A stretch of DNA of 63,983 nt, the filler included, from Pelomyxa schiedti (taxonomy: Eukaryota > Protista > Evosea): assembly GCA_020536535.1 (NCBI GenBank). It is 7 parts of 7 records of this genome, joined end to end, with 100 filler letters (N's around TTAATTAATTAA, not from the genome) between each part and the next. Parts side by side here need not be neighbours in the genome. Positions count along the whole stretch, not along the records: positions 1 to 19,152 come from JAHLWZ010001110.1; 6 more parts are not named here. One strand, 5' to 3'. The translations under genes and the position numbers were made by a program. Positions 1-12,048 of this stretch are shown here, one piece after another; positions within the stretch are counted from its first letter, which is position 1, and every line of letters starts with the position of its first letter. The notes below the pieces were generated by a model. It made no database searches. It saw only the letters and a list, made by a program, of their open reading frames with translations, and was not told the origin of the DNA.

Positions 1-28
1 AAACTCCCTGAACCTGATAAAACAATAG

Positions 29-307
29 GTCAAAGCAAGTGAAGATTGGCTCTCTTACCAGAACACATACTTCACCATCAGCGAATACTTTCACATAGGG
101 CAAGTTGCCAACAAGTTGTACTACAACGGGCACAATGACATTTCAGTGACAGTGGGCGCCGGCTGCACGTGGGTTGTCACTGCCCCCAGCCTAATCACAT
201 CCCTATCAAACAGCGGTACTATCTATGGTACTCTCACAGTCAACGATGACGGCACACTCACACTACTCCCCAGTTCCTACCCACTACCCACTGGGTACTG
301 GGACTAA
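29..307 (+). CDS. 3' terminal exon of a hypothetical protein, beta-strand rich, resembling uncharacterised proteins of anaerobic Firmicutes
   Basis: AG acceptor at 27-28, then open frame VKASEDWLSYQNTYFTISEYFHIGQVANKLYYNGHNDISVTVGAGCTWVVTAPSLITSL...GYWD* (same frame as ORF 116..307). The family resemblance is from memory only. Confidence 0.5.
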   Translation, partial: VKASEDWLSYQNTYFTISEYFHIGQVANKLYYNGHNDISVTVGAGCTWVVTAPSLITSLSNSGTIYGTLTVNDDGTLTLLPSSYPLPTGYWD

Positions 308-382
308 ATAATAAAAGAATAATAACTATAAATAACCCTCCAAATCACACTTGCCGAAAAAGCCAAAAGAAAAGTGAACGAA

Positions 383-2615
383 ATGCCAGTTATCAGGAGC
401 AACAACAGGACTTCCGAGGCTGAACACGTGCTGTTCATTTCCCGCATTGTCTGGCACGACGTTGTTGTTCCCGGCTGGTTTCTGTCTCGTCCACCTCCCC
501 CCCCGGCGACAGTCGGGCCTACACCGACCAACAACAGCAGCCACAAGGCGCTGTCGCGGGGCGGCTGCGTGGCCGCCATGGCGCTGGCCGAGGCCCTGTT
601 CCCGCTCGTGGCGCTGGCGTGCGGGGCCGTGCTGGGCTCGTCGCCCAGGGCCCTCAGGACCAAGTACCGCTCGTCCTACTTTGCGCTCCGGTGCGCGGCC
701 GCGGCCGGCGGCGGCGAGGGCGAGCGGGGCAGGTGCGTCGCGTGGCTGCTGTTGGGGCGCAGGCCAACAACGGCGGCGGGGAGCAGCAGCCCCAGGAGGG
801 GTAAGGAGTGCCTGGCTGTGCTGTGGGGCCTGTGCGTGGGCGGGCACCTGCCCGCTGCAAAGGCCCTGGTGTGCAACGACGAGGGGGAGGAGGGGGGCTC
901 GGAAATGGGACACGGGAGTGGCTGGGGGTGGGGCGGCAGGGGGCTCAAGTGGCCGAGAAATGTTGATGGTGGGGGTTGTGATTGTGATTGCGATGGTGAC
1001 ATGAGGGATGAGGTTGTGAGTGGGGACTTGGCGAATGATGGGGAGACACTGCTGATGGGAGTGTGTAGGGCTGGGCACCTGGAGGTGGCCAAGTGGCTTG
1101 TATCGAGGTTCGGTGTGCCGGAAGTTCACCTGTTCAAGGCATTGATGGCAGCACTGGAAGGTGGCAGGGTGAGTGTTGTGGAGTGGCTTGCCAGAAGCTT
1201 TGATGTTACCTGTTGCGCAGAGATGCTGAGGGCGCATTATGCTTTGGTTTTCTGTGCCTCCATAGGTGGGTGCCTTGATGCTATCAAGTGGTGCTTTCAA
1301 ACTTTTCCATTCCTGGGTGAAAGCAACAGCAGGGACATTTCCTCTGAGATAGCACGAGATGTCCTTCGGAGCAAAAGGACTCCTGATGAGAAAATTGAAA
1401 GCTGCAAGTGGCTGATGGCTAAGTTTCCCTCACTAGCATGGTCCAACTTTCCCGTTCATCAAGGGAAGGTTCTGAGGTGGTTGCTTCAAATGGGGTCTTT
1501 TCGGCCAACTCAAACCACCTTGTTTTTCGCGTTCTACAACATCTGTGATCACGAGCTTGTGGAGCAGCTACTCCAGGAATATCATCTGGTTGTGCAACCA
1601 AAGAGCTTTGTGGTGGCCTGTGAAAACCACAAGGACGACGTGTCAGTGGTGAAGTGCCTGTTGAGGAGGGTGCCTGAAAAGGATTTGACCCCTGAGTTAC
1701 TTGAGAAAGCACTCTCTGTGGCCCTGGAAGCCGAAAACCTTTCCATTGCAACATGGTTGGAAGACACGTACCACTGTACAGAAAGGGCAAATAAAGGTTA
1801 CCCCACAGAAACAGAGGAACCCAGAAAATCCCGTCTAACACTGCCCGCTGTAGCATCAGTCTGCTCTGCCTCGAATTTTACTCCCCTTGACTGGTTCTGG
1901 CAGCGGCTATCAGGGTGTACCCTTAGAGAAGATGACGTTTTTGAAGCTGTTGATCACTGTTGCTGGAACATCACTGCTGTGCTGTTTCTGTTTAAGAAGT
2001 TCCCCTTTCCTCGCGACCATGGGAGGCACAAGTCAGTGTGGAAAAAACTGCTGAGTATTGCTGTTGGAATGTCAGATATCACATCAGCACAGCGGCTCAT
2101 TGCACTGGGAGCTTTCACGCAGGCAGAGGTTGTGGAGTGTCTTACAAAGTACAACAATCAAGTATGCTCCACCAACAGGAAGAGCAAGTGGTTGTTGATT
2201 TCTCACCGCAAGACCAGTGGCACAAGGTGGTTGATTGACACTTACCACATCGGATTCCATGATGTATGCTTCTCTTTCATTCCTGTTCCCCAACACAATC
2301 ATCATATTTAACAAAAAAACCCTGCAGCTTATGGAGACCCCACTTGCCTCGTTGACAACCAACATCAGCCTGTCAATGTGGAAGCTTCTGCTTCGGCGAT
2401 TCCGGGAAATCACAGCAGGGGTGGTGAGAGACCAGTTTATGGGACTGGTTGTAACCTCACCAGAGCACATTGAGTTCACAGTGCGAAAGCTGGGCCTCAC
2501 TCTGCAAGAGATAATTCCCAAGTTCCGTACCATTCTTGAGAACCCTGACTACCCCACATCAACTGAAACAACTTGGTGGTTGGCACAGTTCACCAACGAC
2601 GATGGTACTATGTAG
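383..2615 (+). CDS. Degenerate ankyrin-repeat protein (lineage-expanded family)
   Basis: ORF 374..2311 has ankyrin-like units (VCRAGHLEVAKWLVSRF, ALEGGRVSVVEWL, ASIGGCLDAIKWCF). Intron GTATGC..CTGCAG at about 2264-2327 joins it to ORF 2235..2615. Confidence 0.7.
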
Positions 2616-2663
2616 GAATCTTCAATTTGTTTTTTTGGTATTTTTTGAGATACTATTCTATTA

Positions 2664-5600
2664 CTATGATTTATGCAGGGCGGGGTCTGGTGGCCATTTG
2701 GGTAACTTGCTTGACCTTCTTGCACCAGGGCCCAGTAGTGATGCCGCACTTGTGCTGGTTGTGATTCTGCCTTGGGATAATGATGGTAAAGCAGGCAGAG
2801 GGGTGGATGGGGCCAAATGCGGTGATGTCTGTGGTGAGGTTGTTGTTGGCTGTGCGGTGGCTGGCTTTGTTGATTGCTGTTGTGTCTGTTGGCGGGATAG
2901 TGCGGCTGATACTGCCGCTTGTGTTTGTAGAACCGCGAGATTCTCGAGTGCTCCTACTACGGCTTCAAGGGCGTGAATCCGGTTCATGCAGGATTGGTGG
3001 TTGTATGTGGGTGCTACTGTTGTTGTTTGGGGTGATGCCGTGGGAGGGCTGCCGGTGGTTGTATTTGGTTCCGCTGTTGTTACGGTTGCTGCTCCGGTTG
3101 TTGTTGTTGTTTCTGTATCTGTTTCTTTTGGGGATGAATATGAGGGTGTTGTTATTGTTGAATCGGAAGGTTGTTGTTGGTTAGGGGGTGGTGTAGCGGA
3201 CGGGGGTTCTTCTTCACTCGCCATGAGAGTGGCTGTTTGAGAAGTGCATTTGGAAATGGCTGATTCTAGGCTCTCGGGTGATATGAGCTCCTCTCTGTGG
3301 TGTGCTATCTCATCATGTATGAGTTCTTTGAGCTGCATGTTTATCTGTTCGATGAAGGCCTGTTGTGACTGCGCCAAGTCAGTCAATAGGTCAACCTGAA
3401 ACCAATTCGGTAAGGAAGAAGTGAAGTCTCACCTACCTTCCACTTATGCAAAAGCTCTGTTACCGACTGCAAAATATCTTCTTTCAGAGATTCGGAAAAT
3501 GCAGAGAAATCGAAATCAGGAGACGAAGACTCGGCTTGGTCAACAGATTTCCTATTGCACCGTTATTCCCAAAGCACTATAGAAAAAAGTGTACTCTAAT
3601 TGAATAGAGCTTTCAGTCTGACTGGGTGACCTTATTGTGGTGAGAATTACAAAACGGAGTTGGAAAGCGTACTTGGAGATGACAGTTGTGGAAAATAAGT
3701 CAGTATCGTCACACTCTTTTTCTTCGGGCTTTGTGTGGAGCTCTACGGTTGTAGAGAAAAGATCAGGCTCAGTATCGGAAGTTTCTTGCTTTTTCGGTTG
3801 CTTCACTTCGACAGTGGTTGCGTATATATCAGTTTCGTCGTCGGTACTTTCTTTTGACTTAATAACTGTAGTAGAGTACACATCAATCTCTTCGGAGGGC
3901 GATTCTGTCTTTTCTCTGGGGAAACATTTTTACACTATGAAGTGGGCTAATACGAAAAATACTTTGCGAAGACAGTGGTAGCTGATAAATCCTCATCCGT
4001 GTCGCACAGCCTAAGGAGAGTTACTCCCAGCTATCATGAGAACGAACTTACGTTTTATTGGGTGGAGTTGATGGGTTGGAGTCTGACGGTTCTCTGTGTC
4101 AAGTTACACCAACAAAAAAAGTGGGGTGTGTACTTTTTAGCTGGTACGACTGTAGAAGAGAGGTCCGAGTCACTTTCGGCCCCTGATTTATCTCCAGAAT
4201 TCTGAAATAACAGCCGGATTTTGTCGGCGGAGTTGGTTGGTGCGGAATTGCCATCTATAGAGCCGGTCCTGAGAAAAACCCTCATTTGGAGCAGAATACC
4301 AGTTTCGCTTCCAGGAAGGGAGCGTTTACTTGCGGAACTTCCTGTACTTCCTTTTAGATCTTTCAGATCTGTACTGCTGCAACACTCTGCCGTCCCTGAA
4401 CTGGCACTTCTACTATGGCTCGGGTTTGCAGGCGTGTCAGGAAGTTGGAGTATTTTACTGGAGATGATATCGGTAGCCAGATTCATAAGGAACTTGGGGG
4501 ATTGTCCTGCCCTCTTTGCTACGAAGGGGTGCTAAATACTGGTAAATTATGTGGAACGGCCACTTCATATTTTAACAACCTTGAGGAGTGCCTCTGTATC
4601 AGGACGCACTTCAGGGCTCTTACAAAGACAACGGGAAAGAAAGTCTTTGATGTGTTTGCTCCATTTCTTTTCTGCTAAGGTGAAAATGGGAGAACAAGGG
4701 GAGAGTGAACCTTTAGATAAAGTTGGAGGAGGCCTCAGTGGAATCATCTGTACCCACAAGATTGGGTGCGCAGTTTTGGGGGGTGGACTTGGAGGGACCC
4801 CTATAATTGTTATTAAGCCTAAACACCCTGCAATGTACCTTCAACAAGCTCTATCAAAGTTATACCCAAACTCCAAATGTCACATTTTGGGGTGTGTGCC
4901 TTTTGTAACACAATTTCTGGAGCCATAAAGAGAGGCTATACGTTTTAGTTGAAATCGAGGCAGGGGAGATCTACTGTTCCAATAAGGCGTGGAAGTATTT
5001 TAACATCGTGCAAATTCCTTGTGCTTTTTATTGAAGGAAGGTCCTGTATTTGCTCCGATACACCTAATTTCACAGAATTAAAAGGATGTTTGTCTTGAAG
5101 TGAAGGAACCAAAATCAGTGAGTTTTACAGAGAGGTCTTGGCACAACAGAATATTTGCAGCCTAACTGGAAAGTGAACTAGTAATAGCCAAATGATATTT
5201 AGTGCCTTGATGTCAAGGTGGGCAATATTGAGTAAATGGAGATATAATAAGCCCCGTAAAGAACCTTCCATCACACCTGGGAGGGTATTAAATCGCAGGA
5301 GCTTTGGAATCCAAGGTGAACGTACAAGCAGCTTCATCTTCATTGAGGACTCTGTGATCATCAAGAAAATCTCTGAGAGACCCCAATGCACAATAGTCCA
5401 TTAAAATCTGTGCATTTTAGAACCCATTTCTTCGAACCCTGCGATCTTACCCACAATTGCGGGCCTTTCACGCAGGAGCCATAGTAATTTACTATATTGT
5501 CACTATGACACCGCCTTAGTACTGCAATTTCTTTTTCTAGTGTGTCGTTTGAGCCTTCCGTCTTTATTATCTACAGGATGTCAAAATAACTGTGGATTCT

Positions 5601-6825
5601 TTGGCTACCTTGGCGGCAAATATGGCTTCAAGTTCTCGATGTATAACCCGGTAAACAGTCCCAAAAGACCTGAAAGAGGAATCAAATCATATGAATATAT
5701 ATGGAAAATAATTACCCTTCACCTAACAAATCCAGTTTGTCGAAAGCTTGGTCCGGGTCCATACCAGACCAATTCAGATTTTTATCAATATGTGTCACAT
5801 GTTGGACTTCCACCTGGTTAGAGAGCAGAAAAACAGAAAGAGGGTACCTTGAAATGGGCCACTAACCTCTAAAAGATATCCACAGGAAAAGAAATTTAAG
5901 TCAGTCCAAAAGGAGATTCTGATAAGGAGGATAACCTTCAGAGGCGGGTTTCTTTTTGTTTTTCTTCTTTTCCAATTCGGCTTGCTTCTTCTTAGCTCTT
6001 TCGCGCTCCTTTTCCAGCTGTCTTTCCTTCTCCTTTTCCAGCTGCCTCAGCTTCTCCCTCTCTTTTTCCAGCTGCCTCTCCCTCTCCCGCTCCTTTTTGG
6101 AGAAAGAACTCGCACTCGCAGATATCACAGCCTTGCTCGCGGGCTCTCCTCCGCCCTTGCCCGATCCCGTCGCCGATGCAATGCCCGCGTCGTCCCTTGG
6201 GTCCCCGCCCCTCGCTCCGCCTCCCTCCCCCACCCCCACCCCCACCGCTGCGGTGCACGTATACGCCCTGGTCCTCGCCGCCACCGCCCTCCCGCCCCCC
6301 GCCTCTGCCTCGGCCTCTGCCTCCCCATCTTTCCCCCCTGTCTCTGCCTTCTCCTCTTCCCCATTGCCCCCCCGCGGTAGTTCGCTCTTTGCCCCACCTT
6401 CAGCCGCATCGGCACCACTCTTACTAGTAGCAGCAGCAGCATCAGCTGGTGCGTGGAGGATGGCATCCCCGCCCGCGTCGCGTGCATCGGGATGCGGGTC
6501 TCCCGGCTCTACGGCGGGCCGTCTGCCCCCCCTTATTACGACGGTGTCGTAGCCGTTGTCCTCCAGCGCGAGGCCGCTCCCCTCCTCCTCGTCGTCGTCG
6601 CTTGTTGTTGGGGCGGCTCCTCCCCCGTCGCCTGTCGGGGAGTGCTGTAGCATGCTGTCGTCGCTGGGGTGGTGGTGGTGCAGGGCGTTGGGCGCCAGCG
6701 GGCTGCTGAGGCTCCTCGGCCGCCCCTTGGTCTGTTGGGGGTGTAAGACAACAACAAATGATACTATCAAAAAGTGCGGAAACAACGGGGCATACGCGTG
6801 TGAGTGACGGCCTCCTGCCCTTCAT
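2664..6825 (-). CDS. STE20/GCK (MST-like) serine/threonine kinase, multi-exon, with long linker and C-terminal coiled coil
   Basis: Spliced kinase motifs [29 protein letters not shown]|[49 protein letters not shown]. Lys/Glu coiled coil in ORF 5901..6785. Start inferred at 6825 through an in-frame GT-AG intron. Attachment of the 2664..3386 exon is inferred. Confidence 0.8.
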
Positions 6826-6872
6826 TTTTTTCGTTTGTGCAGGCGATCGGGAAAGTCTGCGAAAACCACGAG

Positions 6873-8063
6873 ATGTCGTTCAGAACCACATCGATGATTG
6901 GTACTTGCCGCGACCAGTTCTGCGCGTTTATGGCTTCGTCGCTGGCACGCTGCGGCACCCGCAGCGCCAGCCGCCTAATCGTCACCAACAAACCCCTCGT
7001 GCGCTCATTGTGGGACGATTTCTTTGCCGGGCCATGCCGCCCCTTTGTCGTGTCAGTCCCTGTCATTCACGGCTGTGACACACAGGGCATTGCCGTTTCG
7101 TTTGGGGTGTCACAGGTGACCCTTGGAATCACACATCTGCCGGTTGGCCTCCCATACGACAGGGCACAGCAGTGGGTTGCTCCTGATATGTGCCTGGTGA
7201 CCAGGAGACATGCAGGAGTTCCGGGCGGCCAGCAGTATCCAACATTATCTATTTCCAGGCTGAAATCATCCCCTTCGACACGTAGTGCCTGGGATGAGTG
7301 CATTGCTGAAAACCTCTCAACAGGTAACAATTTCACCTATGGGGCAAATTCAAAGTGGTTTGTTCTGCTTTATGCCTCTGGGAACCCACCAAATCTGGTT
7401 GTTAAAAACCTAAGAGGGGCTTCTACTACTGGTGCTTGTGTAACATTTACACCTGGGACTGCTACTATTATCCGAAATTATGTGGTGATGAACCCAGCTA
7501 ATCCTGATGAAGCCTTGATTATCATAAATGAAATTGGAGGCTTCATATCATTTGTGCTCGTTGATGTTGGTGATACCCACAAGACACATAGGCTTGTAGT
7601 TTTGTGCTCTACGAGGTGCTCAATTTCTGTGGCATTGTGCCACTCTGCTGCGATAACAAGGAAGAGAAATGGAGAGGTTGTATTCATAGCACAAGTGAGT
7701 ACTGTCTCAAAACCTGGTCACATTGTACAATGGCTACAGAGGATAGAAGCTTCCACTGGCATAGCGACTGAAGTGACACCCTCCTGGTGCACAAGCATGT
7801 CACAGGTGAGTTCATCACTGTTCTGTATCTGGTGTGCTGAAAAGTCACGTGCGGAGCTGTGGGACTGCAACATCGTGGGAAATCCTGTGAGGACCATTAC
7901 CTGCAGCGACCACACCAGACAAGTTGTTGGGGGCAGTGGGTTCCTATTTTCTTTGAGTGGAAACCAGGTGAGTGTGATGGAAGCACTGTCTGGGGTAATT
8001 GTTCTCACAATGGAGGCCAGTATAGCTATAGAATGCATAAAACCAGGATCTTCCCTCATCTAG
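6873..8063 (+). CDS. Hypothetical protein, lineage-specific family (N-terminal RDQ-x-x-A motif plus beta-rich repeat region)
   Basis: Intronless ORF 6804..8063, first ATG at 6873. Shares its N-terminal motif with the protein at 45235-45873. Confidence 0.7.
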   Translation: MSFRTTSMIGTCRDQFCAFMASSLARCGTRSASRLIVTNKPLVRSLWDDFFAGPCRPFVVSVPVIHGCDTQGIAVSFGVSQVTLGITHLPVGLPYDRAQQWVAPDMCLVTRRHAGVPGGQQYPTLSISRLKSSPSTRSAWDECIAENLSTGNNFTYGANSKWFVLLYASGNPPNLVVKNLRGASTTGACVTFTPGTATIIRNYVVMNPANPDEALIIINEIGGFISFVLVDVGDTHKTHRLVVLCSTRCSISVALCHSAAITRKRNGEVVFIAQVSTVSKPGHIVQWLQRIEASTGIATEVTPSWCTSMSQVSSSLFCIWCAEKSRAELWDCNIVGNPVRTITCSDHTRQVVGGSGFLFSLSGNQVSVMEALSGVIVLTMEASIAIECIKPGSSLI

Positions 8064-8283
8064 AAATTCTGATCACACTCACCACAGTGTAACCTCATTG
8101 TACCTGTTTCATGGTAAGGGAGTCAAAGCTGGTAACATCTTCCTCGAGTGCAACAAAAACATGACTGACAACCAGTAACTTAACTTATGTGTGAAACCAC
8201 ACCCCTTTTCCTCATCAGCTGATGATGTTTTCTTTCTTTTTTCAGTGATGAGGCCTCAGCGGTTCACCGAAGTTCAACAAAAA

Positions 8284-9142
8284 ATGGCCAGCAACACCGC
8301 AGCAGGGGCAGAGGAGAAAAATAACGCATCTGACGGAAGGGTATTTGACACACAAAAAGGGTCAACAAACACATAACACCACCATTTCCTGTTTGAATGT
8401 ACATTCTCATTACGAGGAGGTATGGGGCACCGAGATTACTGCTGATTGCGATGTTTATGAAGGTGAGTTCAAAAACGACATCCGTGACGGAAAGGGGACA
8501 TACAAGTGGCGAGAGGGGGATTCTTATGAAGGAGACTGGAAGGATGGAGTACGGGATGGCTATGGTGTGTACAAGCGGGCAACTGGGAGCACATATGAGG
8601 GTCACTGGAAAAATGGCAACCAAGAGGGCCATGGGGTGATGAGATACGCCGACGGTTATGTTTTTGAAGGTGAGTGGGTGCATGGAGTGAAGAACGGTAT
8701 GGGCACCGAAATCTTTCCAACCGGCACAACTTGCCAAGGGGAATGGAGGGATGATGTACTTGTAGGCCAGGCTTTCTTCTGCTACAACTCCCCCGACTTG
8801 AATGGCATGACATTCAAGGGTTACATAAAGGCCCGCTTCAGGACTGGCGAAGGAATATACACTTGGGCAGACGGAAGCAAATTCGAATGCCACTGGGACC
8901 AGGACCAGGCTGATCCAGCGAGGCCCAACGGGATACACACCAGTGCTGACGGCAACATCATAACAACATGCACATGGAAGCCGGTGGCCCGCAGTGTAAC
9001 ATCAATGTACCCAGTGTTTCATGGCAAGGGATTCAGGATTGACATGACAACCGCGGAGAGAACCCCTGTTGAATTCTCTGAGGGTGAGCTCGTCACTTCA
9101 CCTCCCTCAACAACAACTCCACTGACTGACAACCAATCATAA
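8284..9142 (+). CDS. MORN-repeat protein (shorter tandem paralog)
   Basis: Repeated YEGEF/YEGDW..G.G motifs in ORF 8345..9142. ATG at 8284 (MASNTAAG); 5' exon join uncertain. Confidence 0.8.
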
Positions 9143-9453
9143 GCCCACACGAATGAGTGCTAAAACCATAATTCAGCATTGAACCACGGTTTTGCTTCCA
9201 AAGGGTCCAAATTAAGTCCAAATCGTTTGACGGCTTGGGCACTCTGGACATGGAAAACCCGGATCTGGCAGCGTCTCTTGACAGACAGAGAAACGCTTTC
9301 CCTCCCATCCAGGTTCACCCTTGTGCAGAGTGCTGTCTTGGAAATTTTTTGTTTGTACTTCTGCGTCGTGGGTTTTCGTTATCGCCATAGGGCCCCGCCT
9401 AGTCTCCCACTCATGAGAAACTTCAGGTCGATCAGTTTCTCCTAACACGAAAA

Positions 9454-10992
9454 ATGGCAGGAGCGGCCGGGACCGAGTCCAACAACAAGCGGGAACAAAT
9501 AGCAGGAAGCACCGGAGATGGGGAGGAAGTGCGGACCATAATTGTGACGGACCAGGTGGAGGACGAGGGGACGTACACTGGGAGCGTGGACGCGGACACG
9601 GGGCTGAAGCACGGGCTGGGCACGTTCACGTTCGGCGAGGGCAACGAGTACACGGGGATGTGGCGCGGGGGGCTGATGCACGGCTGGGGCACCTACACCT
9701 GGCCCGAGAACGGCGACGTGTACGAGGGCGAGTGGCGCAGCGGCGAGATGGACGGCAACGGCGAGCTGACTTATGGGACCGGCAGGAGGTACAAGGGCGA
9801 GTGGAAAAAGGACGTGCCCCACGGAAAGGTATTTTCATGCTCAAAACTTCCACCTAACAATCAAACAACCCCAAACAATCAACAACTCAAAAAAGGCTTC
9901 CCAAATACAATACTTCATATTCCAACCCGACCAATTTATATTTATAAAAAAAATACCTATATAATTTAAATCGGAACTGATTTTTGTTTTTTAAAGGGCT
10001 CATATTTCTTTGTGGAAGGAGGGTCATACCATGGTGATGTTGTTGAAGGGAGGAAAGAGGGATGGGGCACTCAAACTTTTGCTGATGGAACTGTTTATGA
10101 TGGTGAGTTCAAAAACGACCTCTTTGACGGAAAGGGGACCTACAAGTGGGGAGACGGGGATACTTATGAAGGCGATTTCAAGGATGGCAATATGTCAGGC
10201 CATGGAGTCAAGAAATTCACCAGCGGGGCAGTTTACAAAGGGGACTTCAAGGAGGACAACTTCGATGGCAAGGGAACCTTCACCTTTCCGGAAGGAGGTG
10301 TATATGAAGGAGGCTGGAAGGCTGGAGTACAGGATGGCTATGGTGTACATAAGTGGGCTACTGGGGATATCTATGAGGGCCACTGGGAAAATGGGAACCG
10401 GCAAGGCAAAGGAACACAGCGATATGTGGAAGGAGATGTATATGAAGGAATTTGGGATGAGGGCTACAAACAAGGCCACGGTGTGATGAAATACGCCGAC
10501 GGGCAGGTTTTTGAAGGGGAGTGGGTGCAGGACGAGAGGAACGGGAAGGGAACACTAAGCTGGCCAACCGGCACAACTTGCCAAGGGGAATGGAAGGATG
10601 ATTCACTTGAAGGGCCGGCTTTCTTCCGCTACAACGCCGCGGACTTGAACGGCATGACATTCAAGGGTTACATCAAGGACCACTTCAGGTCCGGTGAAGG
10701 AATATACACTTGGGATGACGGAAGCAAATTTGTATGCCACTGGAAGGAGGACCAGGCTGATCCCGCGAGGCCAAACGGGATACACACCAGTGCAGACGGC
10801 AACATCATAACAACATGCACATGGAAGCCGGTGGCCCGCAGTGTAACAAAGATGTACCCAGTGTTTCATGGCAAGGGATTCAGGATTGACATGACAACCG
10901 CAGAGAGAACCCCTGTGGAATTCTCTGAGGGTGAGCTCGTCACTTCACCTCCCTCAACAACAACAACTCCACTGACTGACAACCAATCATAA
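9454..10992 (+). CDS. MORN-repeat protein (longer tandem paralog)
   Basis: ORFs 9454..9969 and 10012..10992 are both MORN arrays, separated by an AT-rich GT-AG intron at about 9829-9996. Confidence 0.9.
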
Positions 10993-11247
10993 GACAACAA
11001 CACAAACACCAATGACAGGCAATAAAACCAACCCACAATTCAACATGGAACCACGTCTTTGCTTGCAAAAGGTACAAGTTGGGTATCGCCAATTAGTTAT
11101 GAGGCCCTCGAAGGAATCACAGATTCGCGCCGTACCCTTGGCGCCCAGTACGGGGATTTCTGAAATTCCTCCCGTGGGACCATATCCATAACATTTTTTG
11201 TTAGACGCATGCACCGAGGCGACACGGGGGGCGACGGCGGGGCGGTA

Positions 11248-12000
11248 ATGGCGGATGCCACCGCGACTTCTGCCGCTACCGCCACCACCACCACCACCAC
11301 GACGACTACTTGTGGCAGCAGCGGCGTGCGTGGGGGGATGGCGGCCGTGGCGGTGGTGTCGGGGACGCACGGGACGGGGGGCGCGGGCACGTGCAGCGTG
11401 ATGGTGCCGCGGGACTACACGGTGGGCATGACCCCGCGGTTCGACACGTCGTTCCCGGACGTGCTCGAGGGCAGGCTGGACAAGGGCGAGTACGTCGCGA
11501 CCGTCCGGCAGATCAACGAAATATTCGTCGAGGCCGAGCACGTGGGCTGCGTGACGTTCGCCGAAGGTTGCTTAGGGTATGCGTCTATGGCATTAATTGT
11601 AATGTTATGTTATGTTATTCTCTACATGGACGATTTGAACGGTATAACAAGTGAAATCGTGCATGTTTGTATTAATACAAAATAAAATATTTCGAAATAT
11701 TTAAAACACATCGATGCTCTCTTTCTGCTCGACTCCTTTTGTGAGTTGCGAACTAACAAATAAACAACAGGTTTTTCACATTGTACACTGCCTACTTTTG
11801 TATGAGAGGGAAATACTCGCGGATGATGGACCGCCTAGAAAAACTGTTGGAAACCCGTAACATGGACAGTGATCACACTGGCGTGAGGTATTAACTTTCT
11901 TTGCCCGAAAAAAAGTATTCCAACCCGAACTTTACGCAGGTGGATAAATCCACAACGAAATGGTTGCCTTCACTTGGAGATAGTTGTTAAAGACCAATGA
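11248..12000 (+). CDS. GOLGA7: Golgin A7 / ERF4-family protein (Ras palmitoyltransferase accessory subunit)
   Basis: VPRDYTVGMTPRFDTSFPDVLEGRLDKGEYVATVRQINEIFVEAE..FAEGCLG and last exon NPQRNGCLHLEIVVKDQ* match the ERF4/GOLGA7 pattern. Confidence 0.85.
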
Positions 12001-12048
12001 TGCACAACGATTCAGATGTTTGTATTTTGTACAAATAAAAAAAACCTA

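Noticed and set aside
326-1300. Long antisense and alternative-frame ORFs over GC-rich exons (also at 5956-6552, 13449-14105, 42717-43286, 57773-58375)
   Set aside because: Shadow ORFs expected from stop-poor GC-rich, low-complexity coding DNA; no recognisable motifs.
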